Shown: positions 29,010 to 37,763 of the stretch, one piece after another | How the letters are laid out: each line of letters starts with the position of its first letter | Numbering within the stretch: the stretch's first letter is position 1 | Virus record (IMG/VR): IMGVR_UViG_3300007274_000042 | Source of the DNA: an uncultured virus (IMG/VR IMGVR_UViG_3300007274_000042) | Taxonomy: Duplodnaviria > Heunggongvirae > Uroviricota > Caudoviricetes | Reading direction: 5' to 3' (one strand) | DNA length: 64,000 bases | Made by a program: the position numbers and the translations under genes | Notes under the pieces: generated by a model | Told to the model about the DNA's origin: nothing | Database searches by the model: none | The model's input: only the letters and a program-made list of their open reading frames with translations

Positions 29010-29414
29010 TTACTCGTGGCCAACGAGGTAGGTATCGTTACCACCGAGTGAGATGGACATTGCGATGTCCATGATGGCCTGCCATTTGCCCGCATCGCGG
29101 AGCCAGGCAGCGCCACATTCGGTGTCGCCACGCTCCATGGCGTTTTCACCGACAGTCGTGTGCCAAGCAACCATGTTGTTGGCAACCTTCAGGAGTGCGA
29201 CTTTGTGCACGAGAGGGTCTTTGACCATATCGCACATGAGGTCGAGACCTGCATGAGCAGCATCTTCGATTGCTTTCTCAGTAGGGTCTTCACACTCAGG
29301 ACAGCCGGGGCAGTCATCAGAATGTTGAGCTTTGAGTTCTTCCTCTTTAGGGGCAGACTCAAGGAGCTCTTCGAGAGCCTTGGGAGAGAAGCTATCGGGG
29401 ATTGACGAAGTCAT
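29010..29414 (-). CDS. Hypothetical protein
   Basis: 134-aa ORF bracketed by elements 7 and 8. Confidence 0.65.
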   Translation of the reverse strand: MTSSIPDSFSPKALEELLESAPKEEELKAQHSDDCPGCPECEDPTEKAIEDAAHAGLDLMCDMVKDPLVHKVALLKVANNMVAWHTTVGENAMERGDTECGAAWLRDAGKWQAIMDIAMSISLGGNDTYLVGHE

Positions 29415-29427
29415 ATTGCTGTTTAAA

Positions 29428-29460
29428 GAACACGAAGTGTTAGATCCCCCAACCGGGGGA
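29428..29460 (-). promoter_or_regulatory. Hairpin element 8 (loop variant)
   Basis: Plus strand GAACA-CGAAGT-GTTAGA-TCCCCC-AACC-GGGGGA. Confidence 0.7.
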
Positions 29461-29471
29461 CCTGGCTGTTA

Positions 29472-29795
29472 TCAGTGACCTTGCTCAGAGCAGAATGCAT
29501 CTGCAAGGGACTGAAGAGCAGGTTTACCTGCTGGTCCGAACGCTTCCCACGTACCACCACATACGAGGTAGAGAGTGGTTGCGTACTCAGGACGATTGCT
29601 CACTTCACGAAGTGAAAGTGTGTACGTCCGAGGTCGGATTGATTGCCAACAAACTGAGTGACCACCAGTTGTTGTGTAGCAACCACCGTCGGAACGATGG
29701 GTTGCTTGGTCGAAGGCATCACCTACAGTTGCAAGGGCAGGGTTGCCCAAGCAGCAGGTGATGGCAGCTGTAGCTGCGAAGAGAGATTTGAACAT
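29472..29795 (-). CDS. Hypothetical secreted protein
   Basis: Signal-peptide-like MFKSLFAATAAITCCLGNPALA. Confidence 0.6.
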   Translation of the reverse strand: MFKSLFAATAAITCCLGNPALATVGDAFDQATHRSDGGCYTTTGGHSVCWQSIRPRTYTLSLREVSNRPEYATTLYLVCGGTWEAFGPAGKPALQSLADAFCSEQGH

Positions 29796-29818
29796 TGTTT
29801 GAATCGAGAGTGTGTATA

Positions 29819-30034
29819 TCAGACGAGCTCGCAGCACAGATGTGCATTGCCCGCGTCGGAGACAAAGTCACCTACGTATTCTTCGAAGAGGGGAGCAGTC
29901 CCATCTTCAAAGACAGTGAGGTGCGCTTCGTCTACGAGATAGCGGAACGCATCTTCGTTCTGAGCACACACTAACGAGACGCCCAAAAGTTCGGTATCGA
30001 AGATTTGGAAGTCGTAGTTGGTGAATGTGCTCAT
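29819..30034 (-). CDS. Hypothetical protein
   Basis: Follows element 9. Confidence 0.6.
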   Translation of the reverse strand: MSTFTNYDFQIFDTELLGVSLVCAQNEDAFRYLVDEAHLTVFEDGTAPLFEEYVGDFVSDAGNAHLCCELV

Positions 30035-30049
30035 TCAAAGGATGTTTAG

Positions 30050-30082
30050 GAACACGAAGTGTTAGATCACACGGCAGTGTGA
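30050..30082 (-). promoter_or_regulatory. Hairpin element 9
   Basis: Plus strand GAACA-CGAAGT-GTTAGA-TCACAC-GGCA-GTGTGA. Confidence 0.75.
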
Positions 30083-30132
30083 TAGTTGTTTGGCTGTTTG
30101 GTTTACAATTGATTTATTAGATATGTTCAGTT

Positions 30133-30339
30133 ATGAATAACAGAATTATGGCCCGCCCTCGCTTTGCGGGTGAAGCACTGCAAGGTGTGCGAGAGCAGCC
30201 ATTAGAAGTTAAGTTTTCAGATGATAAGAAGCTGAATAATCCCCAGATGGGGCTTATCCGAGAACGGTCTTCGATTCAGGCTCGACAGAATCCTGGTGGA
30301 GACTTTGAGCCGACTCAGACTGAGAAACAGCTTTCTTAG
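30133..30339 (+). CDS. Small protein with RFAG motif
   Basis: TACAAT box upstream; RPRFAGEAL. Confidence 0.55.
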   Translation: MNNRIMARPRFAGEALQGVREQPLEVKFSDDKKLNNPQMGLIRERSSIQARQNPGGDFEPTQTEKQLS

Positions 30340-30517
30340 TAGCTTCCAAGCGTTCGATGCTTTGCTTATGACCATCAATAAGACGGTCAAGCTCAGCAAT
30401 CTCAGCTTGTGCTTGTTTAGCTTTGTATTCTGCTAGTTGACTATCAGAGATTACATAGACTGATGTGCGTGGCTGAAAGAAGTCAGCCACTAGTGAGTAA
30501 GGGAATGTGTTGTACAT
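30254..30517 (-). CDS. Hypothetical coiled-coil protein
   Basis: AGGAG SD-like sequence; 87 aa. Confidence 0.55.
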   Translation of the reverse strand: MYNTFPYSLVADFFQPRTSVYVISDSQLAEYKAKQAQAEIAELDRLIDGHKQSIERLEATKKAVSQSESAQSLHQDSVEPESKTVLG

Positions 30518-30589
30518 AGCTCCTGCTTGTTTATATTTACTACCCTTCTAGGGTATTGATGATCGATAGCCCAATGTATTCGGGTGACA

Positions 30590-31087
30590 CTACACAGGAG
30601 TGCAGTGTTTCCGAACCATCGACATCAGCGTTTGAGCTGTATAAGTATTCGCAGCAGCGAAAGCTTCGTACTCTATAGCACGTACATGCTCAGGATAGCT
30701 GAGGTTAATACGCTCAATAGCATTGTCACTAAGAGCATTTTGAACGAACGAAATGTACTGTCCACGGTCTTTATGCAAAGGGATTAAACCTACAGTGTTG
30801 GGGTTCTTACACCACTGAAGATAATGCCATGTTTCATGGCGCACGGTATCGTGATCTTCAGCTGTAGGGCTTTTACCTTGATAGCAGATTTGCATAATGG
30901 GCTGAGGGGTAAGTGCGAATCTACCCATAGCCCCAGCGCATCTGTCAGAAGGATTAACTTGAACAGTTACTCCGTAGTCAGTACTAAGTAAGTTAAGTAG
31001 ATCACTAGTACGTGTCTCTACACGAGCCTGAGCTGGTAACAGTCCAAATAGGACTGCACCGCTTGCGGCCATAAGTTGTTTAATCAT
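30590..31087 (-). CDS. Secreted zincin-like metallopeptidase
   Basis: Signal peptide; HETWH (HExxH) and downstream EYEA. Confidence 0.6.
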   Translation of the reverse strand: MIKQLMAASGAVLFGLLPAQARVETRTSDLLNLLSTDYGVTVQVNPSDRCAGAMGRFALTPQPIMQICYQGKSPTAEDHDTVRHETWHYLQWCKNPNTVGLIPLHKDRGQYISFVQNALSDNAIERINLSYPEHVRAIEYEAFAAANTYTAQTLMSMVRKHCTPV

Positions 31088-31201
31088 CGATAGATCGTTG
31101 TAGTTTGTCAGCTTTCTTGATAAGTTTCCGGGCCTTCTTACGGCTAGTGCACTCGTCAGCCTTAGTAAAAAGCTTGGCGAGTTTATGCACTATGTCCTTC
31201 A

Positions 31202-31495
31202 TTAGAACCGGAAGGTAAGGGACGGTTCACCCCAAGGTGCGATGTATATAGAGGGAGGTTGCCAACCTGGACGTACACCTGGATGTTGCCAGTGTGCTCG
31301 TCTTACACGGTGTGGCCTACGGAACCTTGCAGTTCGGTAGGTGTACAAACGACAGCGTTTAGGGGCGCTGTCTTTAATTACACGAACGATCTCTCTGTAT
31401 TCAATACGTGTGAAGTATTCAGGGGTGACCCTGTTTATGAGCGTCTGTGCTTCATTACATGAGAGCACAGCAGCAGTAGCGATTAGAGTAATCAT
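31202..31495 (-). CDS. Hypothetical protein
   Basis: 97-aa ORF with an SD-like sequence. Confidence 0.5.
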   Translation of the reverse strand: MITLIATAAVLSCNEAQTLINRVTPEYFTRIEYREIVRVIKDSAPKRCRLYTYRTARFRRPHRVRRAHWQHPGVRPGWQPPSIYIAPWGEPSLTFRF

Positions 31496-31667
31496 TTAGA
31501 TCCTGCTTATTTATAGTTCTTAACTACATATTAATTCCCAGTATTCGTCATCCGTGAGTCCCAATTCGGGATCTGTTTCACAGAACAGAGGATGACCATA
31601 CTCGTCATATGCAGTTAATTGAGTAAAGGGAGGTTCGGTTATAGAAACCTCACGGAGGAGAACAGCA

Positions 31668-31793
31668 CTAACCACGGGCCTTCAGCTTGCGCTTGAGAGC
31701 TTTGAGAGCTTCTAAGCGAGCCCGTTTAGCTTGAGGCTTCAAGCGACGTTTCTGTTCTTTAGAGGAGTGATGTTGCCAATTGGGGAAATTCAT
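31668..31793 (-). CDS. Small basic protein (41 aa)
   Basis: Own translation MNFPNWQHHSSKEQKRRLKPQAKRARLEALKALKRKLKARG; follows element 10. Confidence 0.6.
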   Translation of the reverse strand: MNFPNWQHHSSKEQKRRLKPQAKRARLEALKALKRKLKARG

Positions 31794-31816
31794 TTGTTTA
31801 TAGCGAAGTACTGAAA

Positions 31817-31838
31817 GCTAGATCACACGACAGTGTGA
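31817..31838 (-). promoter_or_regulatory. Hairpin element 10
   Basis: Plus strand GCTAGA-TCACAC-GACA-GTGTGA. Confidence 0.75.
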
Positions 31839-31888
31839 CCTGCTTGTTTATCTATATACAATATTAGAGTGATTGTAGTTATTAAGTA

Positions 31889-34003
31889 ATGCCTAGAAAT
31901 AGTCAATATGAACAGATGGCAGCTGAGTTTGAGCGCCAACAGGCAGCACAAAGAGCATCTACATTTAAGGAATTAATAGATTCAGGTGAGCTTTCAGGTA
32001 GTGAGATAGATGATTGGATGATTTCAGAAGGAATGTCTGAAGAAGAGTTAGGTAGTTTGGCAGAAGCCAGGTATAAGCAAGCTGTTGAAAGAGCTAAAGA
32101 GATTTCTGATGCAGAGAAAGCTGCAACATCTAAGCTTGCAGGTGAGATTGAAGCAGATACATTGGCTCAAGAAGCAGATGACCTAGCCTTTGATCGTAAA
32201 GAAAGGCCTGGTCATTATCTTGAGGAAGACCTTCGACCTACATATAAGAAGGTACAAGGTCACTACAAACGATTAGGTTTAGATCCCAGCCATGCTAAGA
32301 CGGTTGAAGGTGCTACAAATATTCCAGGTACTCAAGTGCCTAGAGAATTACGTATTCCTGAACCCGCAGGTGGTCGCACTCGTATAGCTACATCACCACA
32401 CAGAGTGGATGGTATTACGATGCTAATGCCAATGGAAGACCCTGTAGACAAGGGTAAGCCATTAGCTATGTTTGAAGGGACCGAAGTTGAAGCTAGAGGC
32501 TCTGTATATGGTCGAGACCAAGTGCCTTTTAAAAGAAAGTCAGAATATACACAGACAAAAATCGCCCGCCGAGCAGGCCGCAGGCTGCGAGCAAACAATA
32601 ACAGCAACACGAGAGCAACCGACTTTATCGATATTGATACGGGAGCACGTGTAGACGGACAGATTGATACTGGACGTAAACAATCACAGTTATATAACTG
32701 GGTAGATGCTGCTGAAGACACATTCATTCCTATGAATGAAGTGCCATCAGCGTTTGAGAGAGATGAACGTACAGCTAAGGTTAAACAGCGTGTAAGAGCT
32801 CACATTGATGCTAACCCTGATAAATCTATTACAAAGGTAATGGACGAGCTTGGTAGTGGAGATGAGCCACAGCTACGCGGTAAAGATCCAGGCACACCTC
32901 CACAGAAGGGCAAGCTGCTTGATCAAGGTTATGAGCCTAAAGATGAGGTTATATACACAGAGTATGAAGGAAGAGACAGGAATAAGTTGGACTACAACAA
33001 GCCATCTCCTCGTTCACAAGCCCCTAAGGGTGCTCGTATTGAGGATATTCCGAAGCAAGCTGCTGTAGTACAGAATATTACTGGTGATGAGCTGAAACAA
33101 TCACTACATATACATCCCAACTCATTAGGAAGAGTGGATGCAAATGGTGTTGAGTTCCCAAGTAGAACAAATGTAGATATTGTTATACCTGAGAAGTATA
33201 GAAGTGAATTTACAACACGCTTAGGTGAACCACCTACTAGTGCTGTCAATCAGTTCCTTGATTATGATGGATCATCAAGGCCAAGTAACCCTGTCAGACA
33301 GACAAGTACACCTGTCACAAGGCAAGTACGCCAAGCTCCACCTGCTGGTACACCAGTGAGACGCAGAGTCGTTCCTCCAGGTGAAGGTGGATTTGTAATT
33401 ACACCTGGGAAAAGACCCGCTGCTAGAGCACGGGTACAACCCAGAGTTAGACCTAGAGTTCCTGGCAAAGGACCTAGTGCTATTACAAAGATCACAAAGG
33501 CAGCACCCGTAGTAGATATTGCAGTAGAGGGTGGTCTTTCGTATTTGACAGGGGAGACTGATCGATTAGATCATGCTGCATGGAAAGGTGTTACCTCGTT
33601 AATACCTGATGCTGGTGCAACAGGAGGGAACACCATAGAAATCGGCGGTAAGGTCTACACCCACGATGAATCAACAAATATGATTACACCAATGGGTGGT
33701 GGTAAGACACAAGGACTGGCATACAAGGATGGGAAGCCTGTAGCCGTTGAGTACGGCAGTGTTAAAGGCCGGACATCTATGGTGGATGATGTTGTGACTC
33801 CACTTGTTGAGACAGGTAAAGCCATCAAAGAGACTGCTGTAAGGAGAGCTAAGGAATGGACGAAGCCCAAGCCTGCTGCTACTCCACAGCGTGTGATGGC
33901 AGTGCTCAACGGTAAGGAGGGCTACATGCTGAAAGGTGACAGTAGTTCCTTCAGGATGGCCAACTGGAGTGATGCACAACGGAATAAGTATTACGGTAAG
34001 TAA
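31889..34003 (+). CDS. Large hypothetical protein, possibly virion-associated
   Basis: 704-aa ORF with a TACAAT box upstream. Confidence 0.7.
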   Translation: MPRNSQYEQMAAEFERQQAAQRASTFKELIDSGELSGSEIDDWMISEGMSEEELGSLAEARYKQAVERAKEISDAEKAATSKLAGEIEADTLAQEADDLAFDRKERPGHYLEEDLRPTYKKVQGHYKRLGLDPSHAKTVEGATNIPGTQVPRELRIPEPAGGRTRIATSPHRVDGITMLMPMEDPVDKGKPLAMFEGTEVEARGSVYGRDQVPFKRKSEYTQTKIARRAGRRLRANNNSNTRATDFIDIDTGARVDGQIDTGRKQSQLYNWVDAAEDTFIPMNEVPSAFERDERTAKVKQRVRAHIDANPDKSITKVMDELGSGDEPQLRGKDPGTPPQKGKLLDQGYEPKDEVIYTEYEGRDRNKLDYNKPSPRSQAPKGARIEDIPKQAAVVQNITGDELKQSLHIHPNSLGRVDANGVEFPSRTNVDIVIPEKYRSEFTTRLGEPPTSAVNQFLDYDGSSRPSNPVRQTSTPVTRQVRQAPPAGTPVRRRVVPPGEGGFVITPGKRPAARARVQPRVRPRVPGKGPSAITKITKAAPVVDIAVEGGLSYLTGETDRLDHAAWKGVTSLIPDAGATGGNTIEIGGKVYTHDESTNMITPMGGGKTQGLAYKDGKPVAVEYGSVKGRTSMVDDVVTPLVETGKAIKETAVRRAKEWTKPKPAATPQRVMAVLNGKEGYMLKGDSSSFRMANWSDAQRNKYYGK

Positions 34004-34032
34004 TACAATAGGGATATTGAATATATAGTGAA

Positions 34033-34470
34033 ATGCTCGGAATTAAATTTGCTGGAGATAGACTGCGTGATTTAGATACTGCGTATGCTGACGCTGTCTA
34101 CAATCCAGAAAAGCCATTCAGGGCTATGACGAGTGGTATTCCGTTGTCAGAGTTCAACGGTAGATATACCACTGCGAATGATTATGAAGCTGCTGGTGGC
34201 ATAGGTCCAAGGACACAGGGAGATGCACGGAATGCTGCGATATCAGACGCTGTATATCTGACAGCAAATGTGGCATCAAGGTATGCACTACCAGCAGGAG
34301 GAGTGACGTTGGCTGGTAAAGCGTTGCATGATTTATCAGGCAATCTGTTTGCATTGTCAGCAGAAGATGCAGAACAGTACGCTCAAGCATTTGAACGAAA
34401 TGATATGCCTGAGTATGCTGCAACTATGAGAGCATCACAGGCAAGTACACAGGGCGAACTGCCCATGTGA
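34033..34470 (+). CDS. Hypothetical protein with KFAG motif
   Basis: 145 aa; TACAAT box upstream. Confidence 0.65.
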   Translation: MLGIKFAGDRLRDLDTAYADAVYNPEKPFRAMTSGIPLSEFNGRYTTANDYEAAGGIGPRTQGDARNAAISDAVYLTANVASRYALPAGGVTLAGKALHDLSGNLFALSAEDAEQYAQAFERNDMPEYAATMRASQASTQGELPM

Positions 34471-34477
34471 ACGTAAA

Positions 34478-34499
34478 AGTAGACCCACCGACAGGTGGG
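34478..34499 (-). promoter_or_regulatory. Hairpin element 11
   Basis: Plus strand AGTAGA-CCCACC-GACA-GGTGGG, between convergent genes. Confidence 0.7.
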
Positions 34500-34510
34500 C
34501 CGTACGTCCG

Positions 34511-34840
34511 TCAAGAGACGGGAGTGACATCGACGGACTCAGTTACAGAGTCAGCGATGGCCTGGTTGCGCTCGGCAGAGCCAACATAGGACTGTTCAGT
34601 GTCGTCGGCATTAGCCACGAGACGAGGAGTGACTGTGCGACCCTGTGATTTATCAAGGGCATCGCAGATGTGGTCACTACGTCCACCAACCTCTACATAT
34701 GAGGTCTGGTAGGTCTGGTCAGCACCAGATCCAGAGTAGGTGGTGAGACCGATCTGGAACGTGGCAGCTGAGCCATCGTCGTACGTACGAGTGCCAACGA
34801 AGGGACGGACACGTCCGGTGCGAGCTGAGAGCATATGCAT
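34511..34840 (-). CDS. Hypothetical early-type protein
   Basis: Between elements 12 and 11. Confidence 0.6.
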   Translation of the reverse strand: MHMLSARTGRVRPFVGTRTYDDGSAATFQIGLTTYSGSGADQTYQTSYVEVGGRSDHICDALDKSQGRTVTPRLVANADDTEQSYVGSAERNQAIADSVTESVDVTPVS

Positions 34841-34849
34841 CTGTGTATA

Positions 34850-34882
34850 GAACAGTAAGAGTTAGATCGCCCGACAGGGCGA
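34850..34882 (-). promoter_or_regulatory. Hairpin element 12
   Basis: Plus strand GAACA-N6-GTTAGA-TCGCCC-GACA-GGGCGA. Confidence 0.78.
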
Positions 34883-34892
34883 CCATATGCCG

Positions 34893-35021
34893 TCAGCTAA
34901 TCGGCTGATTAGCCTTACGGACATAGAGGAGATCACGTGCCTTCTCACGGTCCTGACGCAGCAGAGCAGCGTTGAGCCGTTGAGCAGCACGGATTTGGAT
35001 ATCGGTCATTAGACACTCCAT
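34893..35021 (-). CDS. Small hypothetical protein (42 aa)
   Basis: Own translation MECLMTDIQIRAAQRLNAALLRQDREKARDLL...; fills the gap between elements 13 and 12. Confidence 0.6.
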   Translation of the reverse strand: MECLMTDIQIRAAQRLNAALLRQDREKARDLLYVRKANQPIS

Positions 35022-35026
35022 TTGTA

Positions 35027-35059
35027 GAACAAAGAGAGTTAAACCCCGCGACAGCGGGG
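35027..35059 (-). promoter_or_regulatory. Hairpin element 13
   Basis: Plus strand GAACA-N6-GTTAAA-CCCCGC-GACA-GCGGGG. Confidence 0.78.
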
Positions 35060-35065
35060 CATATC

Positions 35066-35266
35066 TCATAGGTCCGGAGCAACCCAGTCAGGGTTCTCCA
35101 GGATGGTGATGTACACCTCAGCCTCAGCGTCCTCCCAGGTAGGAGGGTCGCCAGGATGTGGGAACAGCTCAGGATCATCGGAGCCGTAGGTCTCGTGATC
35201 CCAGAGGTAGTTATCCCAGGTGTAGTACATCTCATCGAGAGTGTTGGAGATGATGGTGTCGAGCAT
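35066..35266 (-). CDS. Small acidic protein
   Basis: Start at MLDTIISN, between elements 14 and 13. Confidence 0.6.
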   Translation of the reverse strand: MLDTIISNTLDEMYYTWDNYLWDHETYGSDDPELFPHPGDPPTWEDAEAEVYITILENPDWVAPDL

Positions 35267-35281
35267 AGTTAGATATTGATA

Positions 35282-35312
35282 GTACAAACAGTTAGATCAC
35301 CCGACAGGGTGA
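35282..35312 (-). promoter_or_regulatory. Hairpin element 14
   Basis: Plus strand GTACA-N4-GTTAGA-TCACCC-GACA-GGGTGA. Confidence 0.75.
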
Positions 35313-35333
35313 ATTTCTGACCCAGGGGGGTCG

Positions 35334-35492
35334 TCACCGGGTGACACCCTCCAGGTCAGCCAGACCGTCCATCAGGTCCTGGAAGGCCAGGTCCATATAG
35401 AGGTCACGGTCGAGCTCGTCGAACTGTTCACGACGGTCGTAGACCTCGGTCCAGTATTCGACAGATTCGATGATGTTGTTCATAGAGTTCAT
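35334..35492 (-). CDS. Small acidic protein
   Basis: Start at MNSMNN, between elements 15 and 14. Confidence 0.6.
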   Translation of the reverse strand: MNSMNNIIESVEYWTEVYDRREQFDELDRDLYMDLAFQDLMDGLADLEGVTR

Positions 35493-35508
35493 TGTAGTTG
35501 TGACCTCC

Positions 35509-35530
35509 GTTAAATCACACGACAGTGTGA
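35509..35530 (-). promoter_or_regulatory. Hairpin element 15
   Basis: Plus strand GTTAAA-TCACAC-GACA-GTGTGA. Confidence 0.75.
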
Positions 35531-35875
35531 ATGGCTGCTGGCTGCTCACTACAGACGTGCGTCTGTCCGTCCATCGGTCCGTCCGAACGTAAGGACGAAG
35601 GACAATATGTCCGTCCGTCCGTTAGTGAGGAGCGTAGGTCCGAACGCAAGCTGTTAAAAAAAAAGTTGCATCGAACGGAAGTGAGAGCCCAAAGGGCCGG
35701 AGTGCACACAAGGTGCGAGCGTAGCGAGCTACATCTATTGCCGGTTATCACATACATATCCATTATCAAAGGAGGTACACCATGTAGAAAACTCTATTAT
35801 TATCAAAGTCAGGATCAAGAAGGGTGGGGTCTCGCGGTAGATAGGGCGAGCTCAAAAAAATACAAGGAGAACTGG

Positions 35876-36319
35876 TTACCACCAGTCTCCGAGTATCGCA
35901 CGACGTTGCGCACGAGTTAGAGCGTTACTAGTACGTAACTGCTCACGAGTTTCGCTATGCAGCGGTCCCGTAGTTTTGACCCACTGGTCAAAGGGACGCT
36001 GCGAGTATGGGACACCCCTACGGCCCATGTACACAGTATGTGTGTCATCAGCCGTATATAGGGTGTACCGGTTGTTGCTGCACATAGCAGTCAACAGAGG
36101 TACGACAGCATCGAAGCTGCTGTACCACCGATCGTGGCGATATGTCACTGGTGCTGGCTGCACTCGTTTACGAGCTGACCACGCCCAGTAAGCCTCAGTA
36201 GGCTGATCGCGACGTTGTACACGCCAACGTCCGTCGGGGTAGGCACACACCACGACCTCAAAGGGATCGCGTGCGTGTGCACATTCGTCGTTACGAGCGA
36301 AGAGATAGTAATCGAGCAT
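35876..36319 (-). CDS. Hypothetical early-type protein
   Basis: 147 aa; follows element 16. Confidence 0.6.
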   Translation of the reverse strand: MLDYYLFARNDECAHARDPFEVVVCAYPDGRWRVQRRDQPTEAYWAWSARKRVQPAPVTYRHDRWYSSFDAVVPLLTAMCSNNRYTLYTADDTHTVYMGRRGVPYSQRPFDQWVKTTGPLHSETREQLRTSNALTRAQRRAILGDWW

Positions 36320-36332
36320 AATATGTGCGAAA

Positions 36333-36363
36333 GTACAAAGAGATAAACCCCTCGACAGAGGGG
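36333..36363 (-). promoter_or_regulatory. Hairpin element 16
   Basis: Plus strand GTACA-N4-GATAAA-CCCCTC-GACA-GAGGGG. Confidence 0.75.
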
Positions 36364-36371
36364 TATTAGAG

Positions 36372-36563
36372 CTACGCAGGACGGCAGATATCAGAATCAG
36401 CCGTGATCTGGTAGTAGTAGCCGTTGGGCCAGTTCTCCTCGTAGTACTCGACTAGTGATTCACAGTCGCCGTACCCACGAGGGGCATACGCCATTTTGAA
36501 CCAGTACTGTGGTTCAGTAGAGATGCGTTTGGCCCATACACGGCACAAACCAGGAATAAACAT
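36372..36563 (-). CDS. Small hypothetical protein
   Basis: Start at MFIPGL, between elements 17 and 16. Confidence 0.6.
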   Translation of the reverse strand: MFIPGLCRVWAKRISTEPQYWFKMAYAPRGYGDCESLVEYYEENWPNGYYYQITADSDICRPA

Positions 36564-36578
36564 CGCGTTAGTTGTATA

Positions 36579-36611
36579 GAACAACCAGCGATAAACCCCG
36601 CGACAGCGGGG
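36579..36611 (-). promoter_or_regulatory. Hairpin element 17
   Basis: Plus strand GAACA-N6-GATAAA-CCCCGC-GACA-GCGGGG. Confidence 0.78.
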
Positions 36612-36622
36612 TAGAGCAGGGA

Positions 36623-36781
36623 CTACCAGTAGTAGCCCTCTCCATCGATCGTGCAGTATCCGAGGACATTGTCATCGGTATCTAGCACTGGATATTCCAT
36701 CCAGAGATCGAGACACATGCTCTGTGCTGTGTCATAGTCGTCCGAGTTATAGTCATCGAACTGTTCACAGTTATATTCCAT
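36623..36781 (-). CDS. Small acidic protein (52 aa)
   Basis: Own translation MEYNCEQFDDYNSDDYDTAQSMC...GYYW, between elements 18 and 17. Confidence 0.6.
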   Translation of the reverse strand: MEYNCEQFDDYNSDDYDTAQSMCLDLWMEYPVLDTDDNVLGYCTIDGEGYYW

Positions 36782-36793
36782 AGTGAGATGTAG

Positions 36794-36826
36794 TAACAAG
36801 GAAAGATATACCCCCAGACATGGGGG
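36794..36826 (-). promoter_or_regulatory. Hairpin element 18
   Basis: Plus strand TAACA-N6-GATATA-CCCCCA-GACA-TGGGGG (compensatory A-T closing pair). Confidence 0.72.
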
Positions 36827-37072
36827 CTAGAACCTCTCGAAAGGGAGTGGTTCGTCATCACGTACATCACGCTCTATCTGGATCTCAGTAGCACGTACAC
36901 GTGCCATGCTCCAGAAATGAGCTAGGGACTGGAATCCCGCATTACGTGCGTCCTCATCTGTTTGGATGGGGAATTCACGGAGGGATTTCATGAACTCATA
37001 GTATTCATGAGAACGTCCCTCACGCTCTAGACGAGCACGAAGTGCGAGGAGTGGAGTGGTGAATTTAGCCAT
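36827..37072 (-). CDS. Small hypothetical protein
   Basis: Between elements 19 and 18. Confidence 0.6.
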   Translation of the reverse strand: MAKFTTPLLALRARLEREGRSHEYYEFMKSLREFPIQTDEDARNAGFQSLAHFWSMARVRATEIQIERDVRDDEPLPFERF

Positions 37073-37104
37073 AACAATGGCAAGTAAACCCCCCGACAGG
37101 GGGG
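37072..37104 (-). promoter_or_regulatory. Hairpin element 19
   Basis: Plus strand TAACA-N6-AGTAAA-CCCCCC-GACA-GGGGGG. Confidence 0.75.
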
Positions 37105-37115
37105 GCTACGTTCGC

Positions 37116-37373
37116 TCATACATCGAACGAGAGCTGCTCGATTACAGGCAGCTGTTCGATAGTGTCAGCTACAGCGGACTCACCTAGTGGCATATAGCCA
37201 TAGGAGATGTACTGTGAGTACAGACTACGTAGCTCATCGATGTTGACGAACCGCTTAGCGAGCGGTTTGTGGCAGCCACCGATGGCCCAGTATTCATCAC
37301 CTATGGCAATGAAATGCCAGGTAGATGTGTGACCGTGTTTTGTGACACGGGAGAGAGTACCGTATGTACGCAT
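37116..37373 (-). CDS. Small hypothetical protein
   Basis: Between elements 20 and 19. Confidence 0.6.
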   Translation of the reverse strand: MRTYGTLSRVTKHGHTSTWHFIAIGDEYWAIGGCHKPLAKRFVNIDELRSLYSQYISYGYMPLGESAVADTIEQLPVIEQLSFDV

Positions 37374-37389
37374 TGATTGTGATAGTTAT

Positions 37390-37422
37390 GAACAATCAGG
37401 AGTAAACCCCGCGACAGCGGGG
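37390..37422 (-). promoter_or_regulatory. Hairpin element 20
   Basis: Plus strand GAACA-N6-AGTAAA-CCCCGC-GACA-GCGGGG. Confidence 0.78.
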
Positions 37423-37431
37423 TATGTCCGA

Positions 37432-37635
37432 TCAGTCACGGTCAGTGACGATAGCTATAGCTGCGCCTACCGCAGCAGATGGCAGCAGTATCCAGGGATT
37501 CTGGAACTGCCAGTTGATCATCTGCTGATACCACGCGATGTGCGTGTACAGGTAGTACGCGATTGCGAGTCCAGGCACTGTGCCGATGACGGCACCAGTG
37601 GTGAGTGGATGACGCAAGAGAGCATTACGGAGCAT
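37432..37635 (-). CDS. Small two-helix membrane protein
   Basis: Between elements 21 and 20. Confidence 0.6.
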   Translation of the reverse strand: MLRNALLRHPLTTGAVIGTVPGLAIAYYLYTHIAWYQQMINWQFQNPWILLPSAAVGAAIAIVTDRD

Positions 37636-37652
37636 TGATTGTGATAGTTATT

Positions 37653-37685
37653 GAACAATCGAAGCTAGACCCCGCGACAGCGGGG
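37653..37685 (-). promoter_or_regulatory. Hairpin element 21
   Basis: Plus strand GAACA-N6-GCTAGA-CCCCGC-GACA-GCGGGG. Confidence 0.78.
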
Positions 37686-37763
37686 TAGCTATACATCAAC
37701 GGAAGACATAGTCCGTGATGAGTCCTAGTGCGGTAATGGCCGCCGCAGCGAGTAGTAGTTCCA

